Source of the DNA: a virus
Direction: 5' to 3' (one strand)
Length of the DNA stretch: 64,000 nucleotides
IMG/VR virus record: IMGVR_UViG_3300027734_000056
Span: 1-64,000 of that record
Part shown: one piece after another, positions 1 through 7,571 of the stretch
Layout of the letters: each line of letters opens with the position of its first letter
Position numbering within the stretch: the first letter of the stretch is position 1
Program-made: the position numbers and the translations under genes
The notes under the pieces: generated by a model
Told to the model about the DNA's origin: nothing
The model's database searches: none
What the model saw: only the letters and a program-made list of their open reading frames with translations

Positions 1-84
1 TCGGGGTCTCATTCCATGTACATCTTTGTAAAAATCCCAAATGGTTGATTGCATTTGTTGAATTGTAGTGTGTTCGTTAAACAT
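1..84 (-). CDS. Pre-early hypothetical protein, N-terminal part (runs off the window)
   Basis: Hand-translated, not in the ORF track: MFNEHTTIQQMQSTIWDFYKDVHGMRPR, with SD GAGGA upstream. Its ATG overlaps the end of the 77..211 ORF. Confidence 0.7.
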   Translation of the reverse strand, partial: MFNEHTTIQQMQSTIWDFYKDVHGMRPR

Positions 85-211
85 TTTCATCCTCAGAAAA
101 GAATTGTTCTAATGCACCATTGTATTCCGCAATGGTAGCAAATGTCAAGCCATGACGATCACAAAATCTGTGAAAGCGGTTTAGTTGTGTTTGAGTGTAT
201 TGTGTTTTCAT
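77..211 (-). CDS. Small pre-early hypothetical protein (44 aa), probably leaderless
   Basis: MKTQYTQ...EDENV. The ATG at 211 lies 7 nt after a TATAAT box; the longer ORF-track start crosses promoters and is unlikely. Confidence 0.6.
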   Translation of the reverse strand: MKTQYTQTQLNRFHRFCDRHGLTFATIAEYNGALEQFFSEDENV

Positions 212-218
212 GTTGTCT

Positions 219-246
219 ATTATAGCGAATTTTTTAATGTTGTCAA
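219..246 (-). promoter_or_regulatory. Sigma70 promoter
   Basis: TTGACA-16 nt-TATAAT on the minus strand. Confidence 0.75.
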
Positions 247-280
247 CAAATATTTTAATAACATATTTTTTGTAGGGGTA

Positions 281-310
281 TTGACACGCCCCAATATTAT
301 ATGGTATAAT
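281..310 (+). promoter_or_regulatory. Sigma70-like promoter embedded in an inverted repeat
   Basis: TTGACA-18 nt-TATAAT; the -10 lies in the hairpin CCAATATTATA-TGG-TATAATATTGG (291-315). Confidence 0.6.
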
Positions 311-326
311 ATTGGCGCCAGCAAAA

Positions 327-370
327 GTAATACTTTTGTTTGCAGAATATTCTGAAAACAAAAGTATTAC
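327..370. repeat. 44-bp near-perfect palindrome carrying two copies of TAATACTTTTGTTT
   Basis: GTAATACTTTTGTTT-G-CAGAATATTCTG-A-AAACAAAAGTATTAC, with one mismatched pair. Confidence 0.9.
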
Positions 371-390
371 AAAGGGGCTTTGCCCCTTTG
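370..390. terminator. Hairpin terminator after the A2-like gene, possibly bidirectional
   Basis: CAAAGGGGC-TTT-GCCCCTTTG immediately after the stop at 392-394. Confidence 0.65.
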
Positions 391-391
391 C

Positions 392-724
392 TTAAACTGG
401 CTTGCTGTTAGCAAGCGCAGAGAAGATTTTGGTCAAAGCCGTTTTGTTAGCTTTGGTCAGGCTTTCGACCTCGGCTTCAGTCAGCGACAGAACCGCACCG
501 ATAGCATCAGCGACAGAATCTTTTTTAACAACAGGCTCGCCCGTTTTTGTTTTGTATTCTTTAGCCACATAAACTTTCTCACGAGAAAGTTTAGCAACAA
601 CAGAACGAACAGTCTTGCCCAAGTTGAGAGCAATTTGTTCAACAGTTACACCAGATTGGTAGTCAGCAACCATTTTAGTGGTTTGCTCGGGAGTGTAGTT
701 CAAAGTCTTTGCAGTCATTTTCAT
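392..724 (-). CDS. A2: T5 A2-like pre-early DNA-binding protein (second-step DNA transfer)
   Basis: HTH-like VEQIALNLGKTVRSVVAKLSREKVY and C-terminal VESLTKANKTAL resemble T5 A2. SD AAGGA precedes ATGs at 724/718; located at the genome-end side of terS. Confidence 0.7.
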   Translation of the reverse strand: MKMTAKTLNYTPEQTTKMVADYQSGVTVEQIALNLGKTVRSVVAKLSREKVYVAKEYKTKTGEPVVKKDSVADAIGAVLSLTEAEVESLTKANKTALTKIFSALANSKPV

Positions 725-752
725 TTCCTTTACAGTTTGCGTTAAAAAATTA

Positions 753-781
753 ATTATAATCCAAAATTCAAAACCTTGCAA
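753..781 (-). promoter_or_regulatory. Sigma70 pre-early promoter for the A2-like gene
   Basis: TTGCAA-GGTTTTGAATTTTGGAT(17)-TATAAT. Confidence 0.8.
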
Positions 782-790
782 GTGCTAGGG

Positions 791-973
791 TTATTCAGCG
801 ATCAAGTAAGAATAGCCAAGCAAGCCAACAGCAAAGGCAACAAAGCCAATAGTCATCAGCATGACAACGTCTTGAAATTTGCTATGTGGTAGCATATTGT
901 CAACAGAGCCAACAACGCCAAGCATCATCAGTAAACTAATCAAAATCATCACAATGCCCAAATCGTTTCGCAT
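791..973 (-). CDS. Small pre-early membrane protein (2 TM helices)
   Basis: Two hydrophobic stretches, SD AAGGA and its own promoter. Confidence 0.7.
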   Translation of the reverse strand: MRNDLGIVMILISLLMMLGVVGSVDNMLPHSKFQDVVMLMTIGFVAFAVGLLGYSYLIAE

Positions 974-993
974 TTTATTTCCTTTAAAATTAA

Positions 994-1022
994 ATTATAA
1001 CTGAGAATTCTAAACCTTGCAA
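994..1022 (-). promoter_or_regulatory. Sigma70 pre-early promoter, paralogous to 753-781
   Basis: TTGCAA-GGTTTAGAATTCTCAGT(17)-TATAAT. Confidence 0.8.
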
Positions 1023-1081
1023 GACTTATTTTTTGTAAGGTTATTAATGTACTACTTGTGTATTCAAAAAATTCAAGAAAT

Positions 1082-1186
1082 AAAAGTATTACTAGTATTA
1101 CTGCTCTGCAAACAAAAGTATTACAACTACTGGACTAATACTTTTGTTTGCGGGGGCGGTTATTGGACTAATACTTTTGTTTTCAG
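1082..1186. repeat. Cluster of direct and inverted TAATACTTTTGTTT motifs
   Basis: Copies at 1110-1123(-), 1136-1149(+) and 1169-1182(+). 19-bp direct repeat TGGACTAATACTTTTGTTT at 1131 and 1164; partial copy at 1082. Confidence 0.9.
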
Positions 1187-1255
1187 CCTGTGGCACACAC
1201 GCACGCGGTATTTTTAAAATTTCAACCCATGCATTTAGGTGCTAAAATTTAACTA

Positions 1256-1285
1256 TTGACCCACAGCTTGCCCAAATGTTATAAT
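1256..1285 (+). promoter_or_regulatory. Late sigma70 promoter for terS/terL
   Basis: TTGACC-18 nt-TATAAT with extended TG. The upstream AAAATTTAACTATTGAC is identical to that of the tape-measure promoter. Confidence 0.75.
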
Positions 1286-1291
1286 CCACAC

Positions 1292-1789
1292 ATGACCAAA
1301 AACCTACCCACCCACACGCCTGCCGAGGCATTAGCAATCAGCCCAGAAAATTTGGAAATTGCCAACTGTTATTTACAGCTGCAAAGCTCAGACGCAGTTG
1401 CTGATGAACTAGACATACCCAAAAGCTTAGTCACACAAACGCTAGCACGCAGAGAAGTCAAACAGTACATTGACTCAGTATTCTTTGACGTAGGTTACAA
1501 CAACCGTTTTCAAATGCGCCGTGCCATGGATGCACTAATCAAACGCAAGTTTCAAGAGCTGGAGGAGGCCGAAACAGGCAGCTCAAAAGACATAGCTGAA
1601 CTGTTAATGATGAGCCACAAAATGACTATGGAATTACTAGACAAGCAAATTGAACTGGAAAAACTACAAGCCAGCTCAATAAAAAATCAAGTTAATGTGC
1701 AAATTAACGAAGTTGGTGACGGCACACGTTATGGACAACTTATAAAACAACTGGTAATGCCAGAAAGTCAAAATGCTAACAATAAGTAG
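1292..1789 (+). CDS. terS: Terminase small subunit (T5-like)
   Basis: ISPENLEIANCYL...SSKDIAELLMMSHKM; overlaps the terL start. ATG 1292 preferred because the ORF-track start is the -35 box. Confidence 0.85.
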   Translation: MTKNLPTHTPAEALAISPENLEIANCYLQLQSSDAVADELDIPKSLVTQTLARREVKQYIDSVFFDVGYNNRFQMRRAMDALIKRKFQELEEAETGSSKDIAELLMMSHKMTMELLDKQIELEKLQASSIKNQVNVQINEVGDGTRYGQLIKQLVMPESQNANNK

Positions 1790-3092
1790 ACCAGACATAT
1801 CAGCTGCAGCTATCACTGAGTATCCAGCTGACACACGTTTTATAAAACTGCCTATCACCAACTACTTAAAACTGCTGCCAGCAGTAGATCCTGTAACTGG
1901 TGCCTCAACCACAGCTTGGGATCAAATTAATCGTGCGCAAATAGCACTAATCAACGCAGTTAACTGTCCCAGTTACAGATTCGTCTGCGCAGCACTAGCA
2001 CGCAGATTAGGCAAAACTTACGTGGCCAATGTAATTGGACAGCTGGTTATGTTGGTGCCTGGCTGCAATATTTTAATTATATCGCCTAACTATACACTGA
2101 GCAGCATTAGTTTTGAACTGCAACGCAGACTGATACGCAGCTTCGATCTAGAAGTTGAACGCGACAACGTAAAGGATAAAGTTCTAGAACTTGCCAATGG
2201 TTCTACTATCAGATTGGGCTCGCTGAGCACTGTGGATAGTTGCGTTGGTCGCAGTTATGATTTGATTATTTTTGATGAGGCAGCACTAGGCGATGGTGAG
2301 GCAGCGTTTAACGTAGCCTTACGCCCTACCTTGGATAAGCCTGGAAGCAAAGCAATTTTTATTTCAACACCACGCGGCAAAAACAACTGGTTTAGTAGAT
2401 TTTTTGATCGTGGGTTTTCGGATGCATTCCCAGAGTGGTGTAGCTTAACGGCTGACTATACAGAAAATCCACGCATGTCGGCAGCTGATGTGGCTGAGGC
2501 CAAATCAGTAATGAGTCATAGTGAATTTGCACAAGAATACATGGCTTCGTTTAGTACCTTTGAAGGTCAAATATTTAGTTTTGACAGAACCGCACAAGTT
2601 GCCGAATACGTACGCGAAGACCAAGACGAAATCTTTGCAGGACTGGACCCAGGTTACAAAGATCCCACAGCTTTTGTGGTGTTAGCCTACCGACCCAGTA
2701 CAGAACACTACTATGTCGTAGATGAGTATCAGGATGCACAAGCTACTACTCTGCAACACGTTGAACGAATATCAGAACTGATCACACGTTGGTCAATTGA
2801 CAGCATATTTATTGACTCAGCTGCCGCACAAATGGCAGCTGACTTAGCATATACCTACGACATAGCCACTATAAAAGCCAAAAAAGATGTGCTGCCTGGC
2901 ATTGCTGCAGTGCAAACACTAGCCGATCAAAATCGTATTACCGTAGCACCACACTGCACACATACCTTATACATGTTTGACCAGTATCGCTGGGATAGTC
3001 GTGAAACTGTTAAACGTGAACGTCCTGAGCACGGCTTGGCATCGCACATGGCAGATGCTTTACGCTACGCGGTTTATACTTATACCATTTAG
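1773..3092 (+). CDS. terL: Terminase large subunit
   Basis: Walker A ARRLGKT, Walker B LIIFDEAA, motif III ISTPRG, RNase H nuclease GLDPGYKDPTA and HMADALRY. Confidence 0.97.
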   Translation: MLTISRPDISAAAITEYPADTRFIKLPITNYLKLLPAVDPVTGASTTAWDQINRAQIALINAVNCPSYRFVCAALARRLGKTYVANVIGQLVMLVPGCNILIISPNYTLSSISFELQRRLIRSFDLEVERDNVKDKVLELANGSTIRLGSLSTVDSCVGRSYDLIIFDEAALGDGEAAFNVALRPTLDKPGSKAIFISTPRGKNNWFSRFFDRGFSDAFPEWCSLTADYTENPRMSAADVAEAKSVMSHSEFAQEYMASFSTFEGQIFSFDRTAQVAEYVREDQDEIFAGLDPGYKDPTAFVVLAYRPSTEHYYVVDEYQDAQATTLQHVERISELITRWSIDSIFIDSAAAQMAADLAYTYDIATIKAKKDVLPGIAAVQTLADQNRITVAPHCTHTLYMFDQYRWDSRETVKRERPEHGLASHMADALRYAVYTYTI

Positions 3093-3137
3093 TGCTGGCA
3101 CGAACGCTTTTTTATTAAAGCGAAAAAAATTTACTAC

Positions 3138-3166
3138 TTGACAATTTTGTGTATTGGTGGTACAAT
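3138..3166 (+). promoter_or_regulatory. Late sigma70 promoter
   Basis: A-tract followed by TTGACA-17-TACAAT with extended TG. Confidence 0.8.
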
Positions 3167-3195
3167 ACTACATAAGAAAACTGCATATATAAAAA

Positions 3196-3615
3196 ATGGC
3201 TAAAAATACTTCAATGGCTCGTATTCCTGTTAAGTGGGTCAGAGATAAAGCAAAAGCTGCTTATGAAAAAGCTGACACCTGCTGGATATGTGGCACCACA
3301 CAGGACCTAGAACTACATCACTTTCACTCAGTTACCCTGCTGCTTAATAGTTGGGCCGTGAAAAAAGGTTATGATATCAGCACTGATAGTGGCATTTTAG
3401 CAGTACGTGATGAATTTATTGCCGAACACCACGATGAACTATACAACCAAGTGCGTACACTTTGCAATAAACACCATGTAAAACTGCATGCAACTTTTGG
3501 CAAAGCGCCAGCTGCTGGCAGCGAAGCTCGTCAGGCACGTTGGTGTGATCGTCAGCAAGCTAAAGCTCAGGGTCTAGAAACCACCACAAGCTCATTTTTT
3601 AGCGAATTTACATAA
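3196..3615 (+). CDS. HNH nicking endonuclease (T5-like)
   Basis: CWICG..LELHHF..LCNKHHVKLH; lies between terL and portal, as in T5. Confidence 0.85.
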   Translation: MAKNTSMARIPVKWVRDKAKAAYEKADTCWICGTTQDLELHHFHSVTLLLNSWAVKKGYDISTDSGILAVRDEFIAEHHDELYNQVRTLCNKHHVKLHATFGKAPAAGSEARQARWCDRQQAKAQGLETTTSSFFSEFT

Positions 3616-3624
3616 GGAATAAAA

Positions 3625-4812
3625 ATGGCTTGGTATGATCGCGTTACTAGTTGGATACAAAAGCTAAATCCAGCCCAAGAAATAATTTATCGTCAAGAAG
3701 GCATCAGAGTTGGTAGTGATGCACCTGCCAACTACAGACAAAGTTTTAAACGCTTAGAAACAGTAAACCGCGGCACTAACTTAATTGTTAGCGGTTGCAG
3801 CAGTTTAGATTTTGATGTTAAAAACAAAGTATTAACTGACGTTAACAGTGGCATGCGTCAAAAAACATTGGTTAACTTACTAAACTACAGACCCAATCCG
3901 TACCAAAGCGTACAAGATTTTCGCGCTAACTGTTTTACAGACTTTATCTTAGAAGGTAATATATTTATCTACTTTGATGGGGTTTACTTATACCACTTGC
4001 CTGCGGCAATGGTACAAATAAATCCCGATGAAAAAACTTTTATTAAAAGCTATACCTACAACAACATGCAAGAATATCGCCCTGAGGAGATTATTCATGT
4101 AAAAGACGTCTGCAGCACCAGCATTTATCGCGGCACCAGCAGATTGGTAAGCGCAAACAGATCAATTGAAATTATGTATAAAATGCATAGTTTCCAAGAA
4201 CAGTTTTTTGATAATGGTGCAGTACCTGGAATGGTATTGACCACAGAAAATACACTCAGTCAAATAGCAAAACAAAAAACAATTCAAAACTGGTCAGCCA
4301 ACTACAGCCCAAAAAATGGTGCTCGCAAGCCTATGATTTTGGACAGCGGCTTAAAACCCAGCAATGTTTTAAACACAAGCTTTCAAGAAATGGATTTTGA
4401 TAACTCAATCAAAACTCATGACGTAAAAATTTTAAAAGCCCTAGGTGTACCAAGCATATTACTAGACGGCGGAAATAATGCAAATATTTCTCCAAATATG
4501 CGATTGTTTTACCTAGAAACCATTATGCCCATAGTTCGTAAATATATTTCTGCAATGGAAAGATATTTCGGATATGATATAGATGCTATTACTTCAAACG
4601 TATCAGCCTTGCAACCTGAGCTTAAAGATATAGCTGCTTATAATGTTAGTTTAGTTAATGGCGGTATTATTACTGCCAATGAAGCTAGAACAGAATTAAG
4701 ATACAACGCTATTAATGGGAATGATACACTGCGAATACCAGCTAATATAGCAGGTTCAGCAGTAGATCCAAGCTTAGGTGGTGCGCCACCCAAGGATTCT
4801 CAGCCAAGTTAA
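3625..4812 (+). CDS. Portal protein (HK97 family, T5 pb7-like)
   Basis: LLNYRPNPYQ, FFDNGAVPG, ALGVPSILL and ITANEAR motifs. Confidence 0.95.
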   Translation: MAWYDRVTSWIQKLNPAQEIIYRQEGIRVGSDAPANYRQSFKRLETVNRGTNLIVSGCSSLDFDVKNKVLTDVNSGMRQKTLVNLLNYRPNPYQSVQDFRANCFTDFILEGNIFIYFDGVYLYHLPAAMVQINPDEKTFIKSYTYNNMQEYRPEEIIHVKDVCSTSIYRGTSRLVSANRSIEIMYKMHSFQEQFFDNGAVPGMVLTTENTLSQIAKQKTIQNWSANYSPKNGARKPMILDSGLKPSNVLNTSFQEMDFDNSIKTHDVKILKALGVPSILLDGGNNANISPNMRLFYLETIMPIVRKYISAMERYFGYDIDAITSNVSALQPELKDIAAYNVSLVNGGIITANEARTELRYNAINGNDTLRIPANIAGSAVDPSLGGAPPKDSQPS

Positions 4813-4827
4813 AGCATACAAAGGAGT

Positions 4828-6837
4828 ATGATGAATAAAAACAAAGTATTATATGTAAATAGTACTTTTGCTAAACAAATAACCCCAGAGTCAACAGACG
4901 GTATACAAAGTGTTTATATTGAAGGCTACGCAAGTACCACAGATATAGACAGAATGAACGATGTTATACCTAGTGCAGTTTGGGAAAAAGGCATATCCAA
5001 CTACTTAAAAAATCCTATTATATTATCGCAACATGACCATGATGATCCTATTGGCAGAATGGTTGATTATAGAATAGATTCAAAAGGTTTGTGGGTTAAA
5101 GCCAGAATCTCAGCCGCAGCTGATGAGGTTTATGGTTTAGTAAAAGATGGTGTAGTAACCGCATTTAGTGTTGGATTCAGGGTCATAGACGCTGCATACG
5201 ATGCTGCAACAGAGCTGTTTGTAATCAAGGAACTTGAACTAGTAGAAATATCAGTTGTATCAATTCCTGCCAACCAGAATACTCTATTTAGTTTGTCTAA
5301 AGCATTTTCAGATGCTGATGAGTACAAAAAGTTTAAGTCCCAATTTATAACGGCAGATGACTCAGCTAAAAAGCTCGAAAATTTGCCTCCTGTAAATTTA
5401 AAATCATATAAGGAAGTCGAAATGACAGAAGATCAAATCAAACAAATGGTAGCAGACGCTGCCGCTGCTGCAGCCCTAGAAACAACTAAGGCTCTAGAAG
5501 CAAAACAAAAAGCTGAAGCTGATGCAGCTGAACTAGATGCTCGTTTAAAAGCCATCGAAATTCAAACTGCTGAATCAGGTGCAGAACGTCTAATGGCTGA
5601 AATCGAAAAGCGTTTCGCTGATCAAGCAGCCTCAACAAAAAGCATGCTAGATGGCCTACAAGGTGCTATCTCTGAAAAAGCTGCTGAAATTGAAGCTATC
5701 CAAAAGTCAAAAATGACTTTTGTTGACGGTAAACAAGGTGGACCTTCTTACAAAGAAAAAGAAAATGCAGTTTTACTTGCTAACATTTCTCGTAAAGGTT
5801 TAGCAGATACAAAATACGCACAAGATCTAATCCAAAAATACGGTCAACACTTGCCAAGCGCTACTTGGGAACTAGAAGTTAGCCTAAACATGGAAGAAGA
5901 AGTTCGTCGTAAGCTGATTGTTGCTCCACTATTCCGTACAATTGACATGAAAACTAATGTCATGACAATTCCTTTGAATCCAGATGCAGGTTTGGCTTCT
6001 TGGGTACAAAACAGTGACTTTGGTGGTACAAATTCAGTTGGTAGTACTACAGCTACTACAACTGGTACAGTTGGTGCTGGTACTCCACACGCATTAAAAG
6101 AAATTACTCTAAATGCATACAAAGTAGCTACAAGAGAGTACTTATTCTACGAAGAAGAAGAAGATTCTTTAATCGTTTTACTACCTTTCATTCGTGATGC
6201 TATGGTTCGTCGTATTGCTCGCGCACTTGATCGTGCATATATACAAGGTGTAGGCAGCGGTAGTGATCCAGTTAAAGGTCTAACTCGTTACGCCAGTGTC
6301 AACACAGTTACAAGTACTTCAGTAGTAACTGCAGCGGTTGGTACAGCGGTTACAGTTGCTAAACTACGTGCTATGCGCGCTGGTTTAGGTGTTCTAGGTC
6401 TAGATCCAGCAGAAGTTACATTCGTTGTTAACTCAGCTGTTTACTACGATCTATTGGAAGATACAGTATTCCAAACAATGAACCAAGTTGGTCCACAAGC
6501 TACATTGTTAACTGGTCAAATTGGTCAGATCGGTAACTCACCAGTTCTAGTAAGTGGTGAACTACCAGAAAAACCAACTGCAGGTAAAGCAGGTACAACT
6601 GCTGGTACTGGATCTTCAGCGACTACTACATGGGAGTATACAAAAGATGATGTTGTTGGTGCTTTAGCTATTTATACACCAAACTTTGTTGTCGGCAATC
6701 AACGTGGTCTACGTATGGATACACAAGAGTTGGTAGAAACACAACGTCGTGTGATGGTTGCTAGTATGCGTAGTGGCTTCCAGCAAATGTCTAGTGCCTA
6801 CGGCCCAGGTGTTGTAAGCTTACGTTACGCAAGCTAA
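4828..6837 (+). CDS. Fused prohead protease + scaffold domain + HK97-fold major capsid protein
   Basis: N-terminal IEGYAST/QHDHDDPIG/AFSVGF/EISVVSIPANQ protease motifs, a coiled-coil middle, and a C-terminal T5 pb8-like capsid. Internal SD+ATG at 5422. Confidence 0.93.
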   Translation: MMNKNKVLYVNSTFAKQITPESTDGIQSVYIEGYASTTDIDRMNDVIPSAVWEKGISNYLKNPIILSQHDHDDPIGRMVDYRIDSKGLWVKARISAAADEVYGLVKDGVVTAFSVGFRVIDAAYDAATELFVIKELELVEISVVSIPANQNTLFSLSKAFSDADEYKKFKSQFITADDSAKKLENLPPVNLKSYKEVEMTEDQIKQMVADAAAAAALETTKALEAKQKAEADAAELDARLKAIEIQTAESGAERLMAEIEKRFADQAASTKSMLDGLQGAISEKAAEIEAIQKSKMTFVDGKQGGPSYKEKENAVLLANISRKGLADTKYAQDLIQKYGQHLPSATWELEVSLNMEEEVRRKLIVAPLFRTIDMKTNVMTIPLNPDAGLASWVQNSDFGGTNSVGSTTATTTGTVGAGTPHALKEITLNAYKVATREYLFYEEEEDSLIVLLPFIRDAMVRRIARALDRAYIQGVGSGSDPVKGLTRYASVNTVTSTSVVTAAVGTAVTVAKLRAMRAGLGVLGLDPAEVTFVVNSAVYYDLLEDTVFQTMNQVGPQATLLTGQIGQIGNSPVLVSGELPEKPTAGKAGTTAGTGSSATTTWEYTKDDVVGALAIYTPNFVVGNQRGLRMDTQELVETQRRVMVASMRSGFQQMSSAYGPGVVSLRYAS

Positions 6838-6843
6838 TCAAGT

Positions 6844-6870
6844 TGGGGGCTTTTTGCCCCCATCTTTTGT
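6844..6870 (+). terminator. Intrinsic terminator after the capsid gene
   Basis: TGGGGGC-TTTTT-GCCCCCA followed by TCTTTTGT. Confidence 0.7.
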
Positions 6871-6912
6871 ATGTGCGGCGTGCTGCACATACAAAAGATT
6901 ACAGGAGTATTT

Positions 6913-7569
6913 ATGGGATTACCATTAGTTACAAGAGCTGAGTATAAAGCTTATGCTGGTATCACAAGTACTACTAGTGATACCAAATTAGACAGTTTGA
7001 TTCTACAAACCAGCGAACTGGTAAAGTCAATATGCCGCAGAACTTTTGTAGACTGGGTTGACGACACCAAAGTAGAAATTCAAGAAGGTGGCGGTCCACT
7101 AATCATTCTACAAGAGTCGCCAGTTATTAATATCAACAGTGTGGAGCTTAGCACAGACTACGGCAAAACCTACACCACACTTGTAGAATACACAAATTAC
7201 GTGCTAGATTTAAAAACAGGTGCACTACGTCCCATACAAATGACGCAGTATCCACTGGAAGTTTACGGCAGTGCGCCTTATGGTACTATTAATTATGGTT
7301 TTACACCTTACGGCACTACCATAAACCCAATATTTCCAAAAGCCATAAACGGCTATCGTATCAGTTACACTGCAGGTTACGAAGAACTACCTGCAGACTT
7401 AAAGTTAGCAGTATTTGATTTAGTCACTTACTATCAACGCAATGACGGTGCTGTGCATTCTAATAGCGCACCAACTGGCAGTGGTATACAAATTCAGTAT
7501 ATAACAGACACCAGTTTACCTGCACATATTCGCCGCGTGTTAGATTTGTATACTACGAGTTATGATTAA
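6913..7569 (+). CDS. Head completion / head-tail connector protein (T5 p144-like)
   Basis: LVTRAEYKAY..YTAGYEELPADLKLAVFDLVTYY..LPAHIRRVLDLY; SD AGGAG before ATG 6913. Confidence 0.85.
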   Translation: MGLPLVTRAEYKAYAGITSTTSDTKLDSLILQTSELVKSICRRTFVDWVDDTKVEIQEGGGPLIILQESPVININSVELSTDYGKTYTTLVEYTNYVLDLKTGALRPIQMTQYPLEVYGSAPYGTINYGFTPYGTTINPIFPKAINGYRISYTAGYEELPADLKLAVFDLVTYYQRNDGAVHSNSAPTGSGIQIQYITDTSLPAHIRRVLDLYTTSYD

Positions 7570-7571
7570 TT

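Noticed and set aside
212-361. N-terminal extension of ORF 77..361
   Set aside because: It crosses two promoters and palindromes; the real start is more likely ATG 211.
380-745. 121-aa + strand ORF
   Set aside because: Antisense shadow of the A2-like gene, with no SD and an atypical composition.
1017-1217. 66-aa ORF with a repeated YWTNTFV
   Set aside because: A by-product of the 19-bp DNA direct repeat; its start codon is a minus-strand -35 box.
3196-3615. HNH gene as a mobile homing endonuclease, and GCGC-type nick sites
   Set aside because: Its position matches the conserved T5 nicking enzyme. I could not derive a nick consensus by eye.
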